Part shown: piece by piece, positions 11,820 to 26,399 of the stretch
Position numbering within the stretch: position 1 is the first letter of the stretch
How the letters are laid out: every line of letters starts with the position of its first letter
From: Octopus vulgaris
Taxonomy: Eukaryota
Direction: 5' to 3'
Assembly: GCA_951406725.2 (NCBI GenBank)
Contig: OX597835.1
Coordinates: 47,988,001 to 48,052,000 of the forward strand
DNA: 64,000 bases
Notes under the pieces: generated by a model
Told to the model about the DNA's origin: nothing
Databases searched by the model: none
What the model saw: only the letters and a program-made list of their open reading frames with translations
Position numbers and translations under genes: made by a program

Positions 11820-12075
11820 TCCTGCAAATGTGTCCCTCTCAGCGCAGTTGTGTTGAGGTACTAAGGCTACCCCACTAACTGTAGCAGCGCGGTGTAGGAC
11901 CTCTATATCAGCAATGCGATCCCGTCATCTGATATGCATGACGGAGCGCATTTTATGAAGGTGGACTCGCGCCAGGGCCTTGATGTGCCTGCTGTAGACG
12001 GTCATGCATTGAGTGACGCAGAGGAGCCAGGGAGTATTGCGGCACTGTAAACCTTTATCTTCGTATTTATTTTTA
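11820..12075 (-). pseudogene. RTE-clade LINE RT C-terminal fragment
   Basis: Frameshifted translation TKIKVYSAAILP..TVYSRHIKALARVHLHKMRSVMHIR*RDRIADIEVL matches the typical post-RT region of RTE elements. Confidence 0.7.
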
Positions 12076-12773
12076 TACAACTTACCAGAATATACGATGA
12101 TACAATATGATATAATAAATATTGATAAAATCTTATCATAAAAAGATATAACGGGAAAGCATAACTGATTAATTTCATATTTATTTTAGACGTTTTTATA
12201 CCGATAATTTGTTTTGTTTTTATTATATATTTGTTAACTATCTTGTTGGATGTCATTTCAAACGCCCAGAAACATAATGACTGCCACCACTTCCTAGGAA
12301 TCCCACTCTTTCTCAACTCTCAATTACATAGAGTAATTGTAGTTTAGCTCTCAAGCAACTTCGTTCGTGTAGAGCTGAGGTCGTGAGGTTTGTGGGAAGT
12401 GTTATAATAGGCAACGGTGGGAAACATGGCAACTTTGAAAGTCTTAAATGCAGAGCCTTCCGAGAAAGAAATAGGAATCTGTTGGAAATTTGCGGAAATA
12501 TGCATTTTCACTCACTATACATTATTATATACATACGTAGGTACGTACATTTTATGATAAGATTTATTTATATTTATTATATTGTATCATATTTAATTCT
12601 GAGAAGTTGTATGATAGCAAACATGAGATATGAGATGAATATATTTATTTCACCAGTTCCTATCCATAAGATGTCGATCGTCTCGCAGCCAACGTCATAG
12701 GAAAATAATTCATTATAGAACTTATCAAATTATTTTGGATGTCTACACTAGTGTATGTGCTCTACATAGTACT

Positions 12774-13161
12774 GGATGGAAGCACTCCATCGGTTCCGAC
12801 GACGAGGGTTCCGGTTGATCCGATCAACGGAACAGCCTGCTCGTGAAATTAACGTGTAAGTGGCTGAGCACTCCACAGACACGTGTACCCTTAACGTAGT
12901 TCTCGGGGATATTCAGCGTGACACAGAGAGTGACAAGGCCGGCCCCTTGAAATACAGGTACAACAGAAACAGGAAGTAAGAGTGAGAGAAAGTTGTGGTG
13001 AAAGAGTACAGCAGGGATCACCACCATCCCCTGCCGGAGCCTCGTGGAGCTTTTAGGTGTTTTCGCTCAATAAACACTCACAACGCCCGGTCTGGGAATC
13101 GAAACCGCAATCCTACGACTGCGAGTCCGCTGCCCTAACCACTGGGCCATTGCGCCTCCAC
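12774..13161 (-). mobile_element. Full-length tRNA-derived SINE family C with 10-bp target-site duplication
   Basis: Minus head GGAGGCGCAATGGCCCAGTGGTTAG...GGTTTCGATTCCC (A/B boxes); TSD ACATAGTACT at 12764-12773 and 13162-13171. Confidence 0.9.
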
Positions 13162-14643
13162 ACATAGTACTATTGTACTGTTGACAAACTAATGCGGTTA
13201 TATATGGGTTAGCTTTCTATACCTGCACTTGTTTATATGCAGTTTGTGACATGCACACAAAGGCAGACATGTCAACTCTGAACTGCACCGCACTGCTGAA
13301 TTCCAGATCTGAAATGTTCAGGTGTGTGTTTGCGTGTTTTTATACGTCGGCGAATTTGTGTGTGTGTCTCCGTGTCAGTATTTGTCACCCCACACCCCAT
13401 CACCGCTTGAAAATGAGTGTTGATGAGGTTACGATTTTGTAACTCATCGGTTCGACAAAAAAAAACGAAAACAAGACTTAAGAAAAGAGTCACAAACACA
13501 AGCGTTGCGGTTCGATGTGTTCGACTGAAACTGCCAAGACGCTGCTCCAGTTTGGCCGAAGATTAATGACTGAAACAAGTAAAAGATAAAAGATAAAGAT
13601 TAAAGATTAAAGCTCATTACCGATAAGAAACAAATTCCTTTACTCACTTAATAGGCTACACCGAATTGAACTTTTGCCTACACCGTTTCTGCATATGGAA
13701 CATGGCGAATTCCCGAAAGGATTAAGGGTCCTGTCTGATTTATTGCTCTCTAAGAACCTTGGTCTTTGAGAAGTTTACTCTCAGACACTTTGATTCCACG
13801 TTCTGTTTCCGTACCCGGAATTTCTTTTTTGATTCTGGTACAGCTAACAAATCTGTAAAAGATCTGAACTAAAAGAGCAAGACGCTTTGACCAATCCTTT
13901 GTCCACTCGATGGAAATAACGCCATCAATTTCGTCCAGCAATCCTCCGTTTCTTCTGCTCTCTCAGCTTATGTTGCTTCGATATCCTGCTTCACTCTTTC
14001 ATTGATGAAATATTAAAATCATGGCTGAAATCTTAAACGAAAACAAAAAAGAATGATTATTTTGCTGTATCGAGAGATCCTAAATATTGTTACTTATATA
14101 TCGCATATATATCCACACCGAGTATTTATTATAAATATTTATTTATTTATTTATTCATTGGTTTCTTCATTTATTCAGAGTCTCGTGATATACATCTTTT
14201 ATTAAAACAAGATTTTATCGCTATGGAAACAGCGAAGGAGTGTGGCTTATGAAAGTAATATAAGCCCCTATCACAATCATCTCTCAACTACTGAAGTTAT
14301 ATAAACCATACAATTATATAAACATGGGAAGATTAAAAAGAAATAAAAAGAAAACGAAAAAGAGAAACGGAAGAATTCTATAAAATATTGAAAATGATAA
14401 GAATAATAACTTTCTTTGTATCGTGTTATAATTGTACCCCCCACCCCCACATACGCACACACAAAGCGCAAACATACGTAAACACACTCATGTACGCGTA
14501 CAGATACGCATATGTGTGTGTGAGTGTGTGTTCGCGTGTGCATATGTGTGTGTATGCGTGTGAGTGTATATATATATAAATAGTTAAACAGTGAGACAGA
14601 CAAATATACATAGATACATATAGATAGATAAAAACAGACAGAC

Positions 14644-14698
<55 letters not shown>

Positions 14699-14699
14699 A

Positions 14700-14850
<151 letters not shown>

Positions 14851-15319
14851 GGTAGACAAACAAATAGATTGATATAGATATTGATACACAGAAAGATTAA
14901 TAGATAGATTGATATATATGTATGTATGCATGTGTGTGTGTGTGCACGCGCGCGCGTGTATGTGTGTGAAGAAAAACACGCATAGGTATGCATTTACATA
15001 TTTATCTATATACTAACGCACACATTTGTGTGAGTGTATATTAAGACAGAAAGCAACTTAACTATGTGTATAACCTGATGCACACACAGGCACATACACG
15101 AATATGTCCTCAGCGCGTGCTCAGTGCGTGGCGTGGCCATAATACGTAGCGTGGTCGTATGTGTAGATATGATGAAGATATGAAAAGAAGAAAAACTCCG
15201 ATGATATTTATGGTATAAATATTATCTAAACTGTAAAGTATATTATGTGATATCGTCATACTGCTATCGTTTATTTTCTAAACCGATTAATTATCCATTG
15301 CGAGTATATGTTTTTGACG

Positions 15320-15446
<127 letters not shown>

Positions 15447-15451
15447 GTATA

Positions 15452-15482
<31 letters not shown>

Positions 15483-16030
15483 GTTTATATATGTATATAT
15501 ATATATGTATATATATGATATATACATACTTTTTGACGTCGTACTGTCGTCATGCTACTGCTGTGTCGTTTACAGAAACCGTTTCATAAATGATTATACG
15601 CATCAGCAGAAAATTGTGTGCCTCAGTTTTTGTAGATGTGTTTGCTTGATTGCTTTTAGTTTTAGCTCCGAGTTAGCACTGATGAAGCAGGCATGGGATC
15701 GGAAGCATTTGGGTCATGAAATATTTATTTATTTATTTATTTATTCATTTATTCATTTTATATGTAATGTATCTAGAGCTATATAATCCAATGTGCACAT
15801 TGTTTTGAAGAGGGACGTTTGACTGCTATTTCTAACAAGCTGAGTAACCCTGTAGAGGCTTCCTTCCTGGTTCTTTTCAGTAGGAAATCTATATTTGTAT
15901 TAACTTAATAGGATCGATTTGCTCGTTAAAATTGACGAAATGTTGTTTAATTACGCAGCGTCTTTCTTTTTCTTTTTGTTTCATTTACAAAACCTATGAC
16001 ATATTTATTAAGCTTGTGTGTGTGTGTTTC

Positions 16031-16406
16031 GCTTTGTCTGATACAGGTGTCTGATACAAGTGTCTGATACAGATCTGACTGATACAGCTTTGTCTGATAC
16101 AGCTTTTTCTGATACAAGTGTCTGATACAGATCTGACTGATACAGCTTTGTCTGATACAGCTTTGTCTGATACAGCTTTGTCTGATACAGCTCTGTCTGA
16201 TACAGGTGTCTGATACAGCTCTGACTGACACAACTTTGTCTGATACAGCTTTGTCTGATACATGTGTCTGATACAGCTCTGTCTGATACAGGTGTCTGAT
16301 ACAGGTCTGACTGACACAGCTTTGTCTGATACAGCTTTGTCTGATACAGGTGTCTGATACATGTCTGTCTGATACAACTTTGTCTGATACAGTTTTATCT
16401 GATACA
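16031..16406. repeat. Minisatellite of about 25 units (13-15 bp) around the core CTGATACA
   Basis: Units CTGATACAGCTTTGT, CTGATACAGGTGT and CTGATACAGATCTGA are interleaved. Confidence 0.92.
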
Positions 16407-16598
16407 ATGCTTAATCGGGAACCGAAGTTATCGTTTCCAATGACGAGTAATGAAGGAGAAAACGAAGAAAAGAGAGAAGAAAGTGGACAAGAAGAAGTAG
16501 AAGGAGGAGGAAAAGAAAAGAAGGAAAGAAAGAAAGAAAGAAGAAGAAGAAGAAGAAGAAAGAAGAAGAAGAAGAAGAAGAAGAAGAAGAAGAAGAAG

Positions 16599-16633
<35 letters not shown>

Positions 16634-17089
16634 CGACGACGACGACGATGACAACGATGTCAAAGACGACGACAATAACGACAACAATAGCAACCAAAAC
16701 AGCTGCAAGAACAACGGTGAAAGGAAGAAGAAAAAGAAGTAGAAGTGGAAGAAGAAGAAAAGGAAGAAGAAAGAAGGAAGAGAAAGAAGAAACATATGAA
16801 GGGCGAGGACGACAACGACGATGGGGAGTAGGAGGAGGAGGAGGATCTCAGAGTAGGAGTTGATGGATGATCTTGTCTTTCTCTTTTAAAAGCCATCAAT
16901 TTGATGTGGTTAGTTCACAGTTTGAAAGTCTGTGGATTGTATTCTGATCAGTTGTGGATGCTGACATCAGATATTAATGTTATTCTGTGGTTATTAGCTT
17001 CAACGCAATGAAAGTGGCGACCTGGTAGAATCGTTAACCAGGAACTTGGACAAACAAAAGTTTTTGTCCCCCGCTTCTTTTTCTGTTTC

Positions 17090-17137
<48 letters not shown>

Positions 17138-18174
17138 GTCTGTCTGTCTGTCTCTCTCCCTCACTTTTTTTTGTACATTCAGCGTTCAAATTCAACCAAG
17201 GTCCACTTTGCCTTTCATCTCTTTCGGGGTCGATAAAATAGTTACTAGCTGAACACTTTAGACAATGTCTGCGACTATCCCGTTCCTCCCTTAAAACTTC
17301 TGTCCTTAGGTAAATAGTAGAAAAAGTTATTTCAAAAGAGATAAGCCAGCTTAATCGATGCGTTATGTCTTTTTTTCCGGCTCTTTGCGATCTGTGTTCG
17401 AATCCTGAGGAGGCCAACTTTGACATTTATCCCTTTCGGTATGATCAATAAAAGAAATTATTAATCCTGTCAAGTACTGAAATCAATGATATCAACTGAC
17501 ATCGTCCCCTCATATTTACTGGCCTTGAGTCTAAATGCCGAAATCAAAAACCATTAATTTAAGCAAACTGACAGAATCGTTAGCAGAGAAGAAGCTTACT
17601 GGAGAAAACGCCGGAGAAAATGCTTAGTGGCTCATCTTCCGGCTGTACATTCTGAGTTCAAAGCCCACCGAGGTTGAATTCGTCCTTTATCCTTTCGGGG
17701 TAGCTGAAGTAAGAACCAGCCGAATACTGGGTCGACGGATTCGACTGCTTCTTTTCCCCCAGGTTTCATATCTTGTGCCTAAAGTAAAAAGACTTGTCAT
17801 AAGCAAACTTAAGTCAGCGGGAAGCTGGCATAAACGTAAAAGTGGATGATGTGTTAGAACACAGAATACTCCGTTATTCACTCTGAGAGAACCTCTCATA
17901 TGCACTTGTGGTGCATAGAAGCACTCTAATTAATATCGCTAGCAGGAGATAATGGCAATTTTCACACACGACGTTCTGGTCCACCAAAGGATGTCGTAGA
18001 TTATTCTTCCACATGGTGGTGCAAAACGGGTTCGAACCAGAGACGACATGAGCGAACCGATTAACCAAATCTGCTTGTATTCACATGAAATATTCATAAA
18101 CATATTGTTTTTTTTCTCTCCTTCTGTCTTTAGTTATACATATGCACGTTTGCCTTTTTCACGTTCGTGCAGGC

Positions 18175-18420
18175 GGTGCGATGTGTCTTTGAGCAAGACA
18201 CCTTATTTTATGCTGCTTGCAGTCCGCTCTGCTGGCAAAAATGAGTTGTACCCCTATTTCAAAGGGCAGGGCTTTGTCACTCTGAACCTCGCTGAGAATT
18301 ACTTTACGGGTACGCGAGTATGAGGAGGGCTCAATCACTTGCACGTTGATTTCACGAATAGGGTGTTCTGTTCATCGGATCAAAAGGAACCCTCGTCGTA
18401 GTAACCGACGGAGTACCAGT
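18175..18420 (+). mobile_element. Old SINE sharing the 3' half of family C
   Basis: TTGAGCAAGACAC body, then ...TTTCACGAATAGGG...GGAACCCTCGTCGTAGTAACCGACGGAGT, which matches the 12774-12960 tail. Confidence 0.7.
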
Positions 18421-18657
18421 TTTATATATTAGCCTGTCAGAAGCCCGAGGAACTTTAAGACGTGTAGAACCGAATCGAACTGTTTTAAGTAATAATTTAT
18501 GTAATCCCTACGAAATGTGTTGAGTGCCTTCACTAGCATATCATATATACATACACATGCATACATATATATATATATATATATATGTATGTATATAGAC
18601 ACACACAACAAAATACATATATATATATTATCATACATATATCTCTCTCTCTCTCTA

Positions 18658-18767
<110 letters not shown>

Positions 18768-18817
18768 TGTATATGCATGGCCACAGCTCGTGAGCTGAAA
18801 CTAGATAAAAAAAATAG

Positions 18818-19143
18818 TGCCTTCTCCTATGGCCTCGGGCTGACCGAAGCCTTGTGAGTGGATATTGGTAGACGGAAACTGAAAGAAGCCCATTGTATAT
18901 ATTATGTATATATTTATGTGTGTGTGCGTGTTTCTGCGTTTGTCACCCGGACATCGTTTGACAACCGATGCTGGTGTGTTTATATCCCATAAACCTAGCG
19001 GCTCGACAAAAGACCTAATAGAATAAGTACTAGGCTAACAAAGAATAAGTCCTAGGGTCAATCTCTTCGACTAAAATACCCTTTAAGGTACAGCTCCTTG
19101 GCCGCAGCCAAATGACTGAAACAATTAAAAGAATAAAAGAATA
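18818..19143 (+). mobile_element. SINE family A copy (5' damaged)
   Basis: GCCTCGGGCTGACCGAAGCCTTGTGAGTGGA...GACGGAAACTGAAAGAAGCCC...GACTGAAACAATTAAAAGAATA. Confidence 0.85.
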
Positions 19144-19159
19144 ATTGAATACGCGCACA

Positions 19160-19202
<43 letters not shown>

Positions 19203-21206
19203 AAATATAACCACAAACCCACGCAAGCTTGATTATATATATTTTACTGAGCCCGTGTGTAAACGTAACGGCGTGGATTTTACCGTGTGGGCCTGTGAAC
19301 GGCATCTATTAGGGGCAGACATATTAGTCAGCCTGACGTCACCAGAAAACGCATCGTGTGTGCTCTATATTTATATTATTTCGGCAGAGGTTCAAAGCAC
19401 ACTGATTGCTCTAGCAGATGGATTCATCTCCTGATAATCAGATAGACGAAAGCTAAGCTGCACGTAAACCCCGAAAACCTACCCAGCCCGTCAATCTACC
19501 AGCCAGCCTGCGAGTCTGTCAGTGGGTCGGCACTAACGGCCCACCTGTCTGTCTGTATGTCAGCCTCTCCTTACTCTTCCGTTCGCAGCAGCAGCAGCAT
19601 CACCACCACCATAGTCAATCCTAATATAACCGCCACTACCGCCACCATCATCCACACGTACCACCACCGCATCACTCTCTGTTGTCGCCATTGCTGCTGT
19701 CACCGCCGTCGTCACCACCACCACCACCACCACCACCTCCGCCACCAACACCAACACCACCACCACTACCACCACCATTACCACCACCACCACCACCACC
19801 ACCCAAACATAACCAATGTCTCCTCCTTTACCAAGACCACCAGTGCCACCACTTGCATCGTTAGGATTACTGCCAACGCAAGCAAGACCACCACTGTTGA
19901 ATCAATGAGGAAGTCACTATGCGGTCGCTGGAAATGGGTCGAAAAATAGCGAAACCCCGATTAAATTACTCTGCAGTTTTAAAGGAAAGAAGTCGAATGA
20001 TGCGGTTGTGAGTTCGCCGCGCACTGGGGAAACGTCTGGATGGTCAATCATGGAAAGCTTTTCCCTCATAGGTTTGCTTGATTAGGGTTGACCTGTGGCT
20101 AAAGGAAAACAATAACTGCAAGGAAAATGAATAACATCGCTCGGACCAACATTTCCAACACCGCCATCGGCACCATGAACACAACCACCACCACCGTCGT
20201 GTCCGCTGTCGCCACCACCACCGCCTCCGACAGCAGGAACATTACCAACATCCCTACCACTGATACCATCAATACTAGCACTGCCACCACCAGCATGAGC
20301 GTTACTAAGGCTACCACAACCACAAACCACTACCACCAATACCATCACCACCACTACCACCAACAACAACCGGGACAACAACACGACTCCCATCATCTCC
20401 TCCATCAACACTACCATCAATGCCAACGTCACCACCATGTGTGCTACCACCACTGCTATCGTCACCACTAAGTAACACTACACCATGTACTCTACTACCA
20501 CCTTCACAATCAGCATCGGCACTACCGCTGCTAACACCACTCTACTACCACCAACCCACCACCACCGCTACCACCGTCACGACGACCGCCACCGACGCTG
20601 CCAACACACCAACACCAATAGCTCCACAACCAGCGCCGCCACCCCCGCCACGCCACCCGACCGCATGTGCTCCTTGCCAGTAAGCACCAGCGTTTTTTCC
20701 AGGTTTGTTTCTTGTAGAAATTCGCTGGAAGTCTTCGAGAAGGGAAGAACGAAGCAGAAAGATAAAGACGTGTCTGTGGAGTCACTTTAGGCGACAAACA
20801 CGGACATGCATGCTGTTTCTTGTCTCTCATATTAGCTTCTTGTGAGGTAAAAAACACACACGTATAACAACAAAAAACAATAACAACAACACCAACAAAA
20901 ATAACAACAGCAAGAACAACAACATCATAACATGAGTAACAGCACAACACCAACAATAACAACAACACGAACGACGAAGTAAATCTTGAAGCAACACAAA
21001 ATTGAAAAAAAAAAATTCCAAAACAGAAAACGAAGAATGAAAGTTAAAAAAATGTTATTTCAAAAAAGAAAAAAAGAAAAAGAAAAGAATAAAAGGGGTG
21101 CCCACACCATCCTTATTCCACCCGCAAAAAGAGGAACAAAAAGAAAAAGAAAGCCTGTATCATCTACTACGATGATAACTTAATAATAAGCTTTGAACGA
21201 CACACA

Positions 21207-21305
<99 letters not shown>

Positions 21306-21347
21306 CCTGTTTCACTCTCTACATAAATACACAAACATATATCTTTA

Positions 21348-21393
<46 letters not shown>

Positions 21394-22254
21394 CATCTCC
21401 AGCATGGCCGCACTCAACTGACTGAAACAGTAAAAAAATAAAAGGCTATATATATATATATACATATACATACATGTGTGTGTGTGTGTATTTCTACACT
21501 GATTCACTTTCTTCCTCATACATATTTTTTCTATTTCTCTCTCTCTCTCCCCCTCTCAGTTTCTAAGCTATATCTACCTACCTATTTATTTCTCTCGGTA
21601 CCCCTCTACCTACCTTACGCTTTTCTGGTTTTACAGACACCCACATACATATAAAGAAAAGAAAACATAGATAAATAGCTAGAAATCAGAACTGGAAACA
21701 AGAAAAATCCCCTTTACTACAAAACGTCCAGAAAATAATTCGTAACTTCTCTTTTTATCTCTCAACATAGCTCGAGTGTGACTAATGCTACATACGTATC
21801 AGGTTCGGACAAGCGACACATTTAGATAACATATTTCTTGATGTTTCTTAACGAACAATTCGTAGAAACACTTATTGCAAATGTTTACGATGTCCACTTC
21901 CTCCGTAAACGGTCTCTTAACGATGGTTGCTGGTATTGATGGCGCATTCGTTGTTGAGATCAAAATCAAGATTTAATCATCCCGCAGATACGGTCAAAAG
22001 CGTTCCAATGAAGACATCCAGTCATATTTTCTACTGCACAGTATATGTAGGACTGCCTTGTTTATTGGGGCAATCAGTACAGTATTTCATTTGAGGTACA
22101 TTTAGCTGCTGCTTTCGGAGATCATTGGCTCGCTTTGAATCACATTGGCTTGGGCAGTAATTATAAAATTTAATTTGTGGAGCATGCAGGCTTGCCCACC
22201 ACCCCCGCCTAATCTCAGAAGCCGAAGGAAAAACTCAGTATCACTTTCATTTTG

Positions 22255-22470
22255 GTTTCAAATTTTAGCACAAGGCCAGCAGTTTTGTGGGGAGGTGCAA
22301 GTCGATTACAACGACCCCAGTGCTCAACTGGTACTTAATTTATCGACCTTGGACAGATAAAAAGCAAAGCCAAGCTCAGCAGATTTTGAAATCAGAACGT
22401 GGAGACAGGCGGAATGCAAGCTAACCATCTTGCTCGGCGCGCTAAGAATTATGCCAACTCGTTGCCTTAA
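22255..22470 (-). mobile_element. SINE family B copy (further copies at about 17175, 17560, 22982, 24750, 37185(-), 39560, 39777, 40945, 41560 and 41830)
   Basis: Reverse complement of the family B body (CGACCCCAGT...CTGGTACTTAATTTATCGACC). Confidence 0.75.
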
Positions 22471-25405
22471 TCAGCATTACCTTAATTATAATGACATGAA
22501 ACGAAAAGACGAGGGAGCATTTACTTTATAAATTAGTTGAAATAAGCAATTGAGATGTCTTGTTTCTTGTAGAAACTGCAAGAGTAGTGAAAGATGTTAC
22601 AGGCTCTTCTTTTAGCAGCATCTAAGACTATGGCGGTGTTGGAAACCCTTCCATTTCATCAGTAGTTCTCTTCGGGTCAAGACCATTTTGTTCCTTTATT
22701 TGTTCGCTTCTCCAGAGTATGGCAGCAAGGACTGAATTAGGGTTTCATCGATACTCTTTTCTCAACTATAAATACCCTATTTGGTTTCAGCTGCTGTTTC
22801 ATTGATGGCATTAAGTTTTAACAAACACGTCAAATCTCACGGAACTCTACAAATTTCTTTCCCGCAGCGAAGGTTCTCCCTGCGACCACATTGAGATACA
22901 CTGTCTAAGCCTTAGACTCTAAGGAATGGAGCTTCGTTGCAATGTAAGGAACTGTTTGCGATGCTATTGTTATTTAGCCACAGGCAGCAAGCTGGCAGAA
23001 TCTTTAACATGCCGGGCAAAATGCTTAGCGGCATATTGTCCGTGTTTACGTCCTGAGTTCAAATTCCGGCGAGGTCAACTTTGCCTTTCATCTTTTCAGG
23101 ATAAGTACCAGCTGAATACTGGGGTCGCTGTAATCGACTTTACCCCCCCCTAAATTGCCGACCTTGTGCCAAAATTTGAAATTATTATTGATGTATAAAC
23201 CATGGGTAATTGTAATAGAGAATAGCTATGATCCAAAAATTCCACTCAGGACCACCACCATCGATCTTTTTTTTGTTTGTTTTTAAGCACAATGTTTCTA
23301 AAATGGATGTGTGATGGAATACCGGAATCACCAGAGTGTCGGGAAAATAAGTTGCTCCACCCAGATACGGACTTTTACTGAGATGGATTGTTGCCTTTCA
23401 TACTTCTGGGGTCGTAAGTGAAAAAAGGGTACCATTCCAGTTTGGGGGTTCGATATAATCGTTTTCTTTCGCTACCCTTGAAATCAATAGAGTTGAGCCC
23501 TCAATGATGGATTCCACTTAATCCAAATAGGATTTACATTACATAATGTAACCTTTCCTCTTTTAAAGTTGTGCATCTTGCTATGTCTAGCAAGCCGCGT
23601 GACCACATAGTGTCTTGCTCGTTGGGTTGACTATGTGCCTCTCTTTCTCTCTCTCAATCTCTCCCCCCTCTCTCTCTTCCTGTATATGTGTGTGGGTGTG
23701 TGATTGCGTATATAATGTTTAAAACTCAAATGTAACCCACTTGTCATGCATGCATGCATACAACTTTGTGAAGTGTGTGTATATGCATAAACACTCAAGC
23801 AGGCTTATATGTATGTATATAAATATATAAATACCTACATATATATATACATATGTATATAAATATACATAAGATACAGGATCACATACACATACGTAAG
23901 TTTCCTGTCTACAAGTATCTATGTATATTACTTCACTGCTGTTGTTACTGTTGTTGTTGTAAATGTTTGTGTTATATGTTAACCGGGTGTCAGTTGCTAT
24001 TTGCAACCTCACCTGCTTCCAGGCATCATATCGTCCAAGACCTCACTAGAAGACAGCAACAACATCACCACTAACAACAACACCAACAACAATAATATGA
24101 AGCACAGTAACGGCAAGAAAAGCAATAACTACAATATCACTGACAGGCACCATTGAAGAGGATTAGAAACAAGACGAGGTATCTTCGAATTGCTAAGTTG
24201 GTGCCAGCGATGTAGGAACAATATTTCGTCTTCTGAGATTTTCATCTGCTTTCATAAAGCTCGTCTCTTTCTTTGAGCTGCGGTCCTGGGTCGAGTAGAA
24301 ACACAAGTTAGATTTATGGTATCTGTTAATATGGCATTGTTTAGAACAAGTAAAGCTAGAGAAATCCGTCAGTGGTAAAGCGAATATGAAACGAGCGAAT
24401 GCACGCAGTCTGAGCTTGTTCTTGTAGGCCCTGAAACAGCATCTGATAACGTGACCCTTACCCTTGGTGCTCAAGGTAATTTAGGGTCTGTGAATTTTCT
24501 TTGATTTGTCTCACCATCAATGTATTCTGCCCAGTCTTTTGTAAGGCCACAATTCTCTTCGACGTGATTAGAAGCAATATATAATCAAGTTTTGCATGGA
24601 TAAACAAATCCCAATGATTCTAAAAGGGCACAGGATCATTCCGGAGAAATGTTCAGAATTGGGAGCTGAAAAAAAAGCTCAGATACAGACGGAGTAGCGC
24701 AGAATGTCCTCATGCTAAGGGTTATTTTAAGACTTCTTGTGCAGGACAAGGTGGCGAGCTGGCAGATCGTTGGCACTCCAAATTGTTTGACAGAATGTCT
24801 TCTGGTTCTCTACGTTTAGATTTTATTTCCTACTGCAATCAACATTGCCTTTCATCCCTTTAGGGTCGATAAAATAAAGTACGGGGCAACCAGCCAGGTA
24901 CTGGTGTCGAGTGACATGCTCCCTTCGATGAAAATTCGCTGCTTTCAGCGTCACGTTTCGGGAGAATGTGATCTCGGTAGCTCATACGCCATGAAATTCG
25001 TTTAACCAACTTTTCGAGTCCAAGATTTCCAGCATCCCTGACTCCTATGGAAAAGAAAAGGGAGAAGCAGGTAATGCAACAGTGATAACTGTTCTCAAAG
25101 CAGGACGGGTTGATTCTTTTGAAATAATGAAAGCCGCCGACAATCAAAAACCTTCCTCGGCCATAACCTGCAACAGCAACGTTGTCGTTTTGCAATTACA
25201 AGGAAGAGTGGGACATTGAGATATGGTAACAGGTCCGGGGTTAGGGTGAATGTGTAGCAGAAAGGATACGTGAAACGAAAGAGTATTTTACTGACCTCAT
25301 CTCTTTCTCATTGCCATACTTAAACAATTACAACCCCACCAATATATAACAGAATTATATATGTGTATATATGTGTGTATGTGTGTATGTATATATACAT
25401 AAATA

Positions 25406-25446
<41 letters not shown>

Positions 25447-25447
25447 T

Positions 25448-25489
<42 letters not shown>

Positions 25490-25985
25490 GTATGTATATA
25501 TATATATATGTGTGTGTATATGTGAGTGTGTATGTATGTTTATGTGTATGTGTATGTGTGTGCGTGTGTAAGCATATATATATACAAATGCACATCAGGG
25601 TATTTGTAAAAACAATCATAATGAATGGGTGTAAAATAACGGTTGCATATTATATGATTTACAGATCTGAAAACCAACAAACCAAAACAATGCTGAAAGG
25701 AAGCAATTCCAAAATACGAAGAATTTAGTAAAAGGCGTCGGCTACGAAATATTTTTAGATTCTTTCAATTTATTTTTAAAATCAAAATAATGCATTCTTT
25801 CGTCTTGGAAGTTGGTTTGCAAGCTTCCTTGAAGTGAACTCGTGTGACCCTCTCGAGATACAGTATAATACAACTTGATACATTCATGCCGAATAGCAAC
25901 TCCATTTCAGGCGATGACATATATTCATATATATATGCATACATATATATAAATGGGATATATATATACACACACATATATATAC

Positions 25986-26071
<86 letters not shown>

Positions 26072-26140
26072 TGTATATACATATATATATGTGCATGTAT
26101 ATATATATGTATATATATATATATATATATATACATACAT

Positions 26141-26173
<33 letters not shown>

Positions 26174-26283
26174 CATACATATACATATATGTATATATAT
26201 GTATATATAAATAAAATATCTATACATATATCTATCTACATATGTACATACACACACACGTATGCATGTACATATGCACACAC

Positions 26284-26340
<57 letters not shown>

Positions 26341-26399
26341 TACGCATATTTTCATGATGTGGGAATATTCAAGATTCAATATTCCCGTTCATTTATTCT

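Noticed and set aside
13085-13161. tRNA gene
   Set aside because: The tRNA-like head continues into a SINE body bounded by a TSD, so it is a SINE head and not a tRNA gene.
13750-13980. Coding-looking island (MLDEIDGVISIEWTKDWSKRL...)
   Set aside because: Short, with an upstream stop and no recognisable family or splice pattern; cannot be supported without a search.
15947-16795. ORF with CIRQS/VSDKA repeats; CRISPR-like look of the array
   Set aside because: It is a minisatellite translation; linkers are 5-7 bp and recurrent rather than unique spacers, and there are no cas genes in this eukaryotic context.
19557-20790. His/Pro/Thr-rich ORFs (mucin- or extensin-like)
   Set aside because: Degenerate (CAC/CAA)n low-complexity DNA open in several frames and on both strands.
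24193-24480. 93-aa non-repetitive ORF with a nearby GGTAAT donor-like site
   Set aside because: No recognisable domain in any frame.
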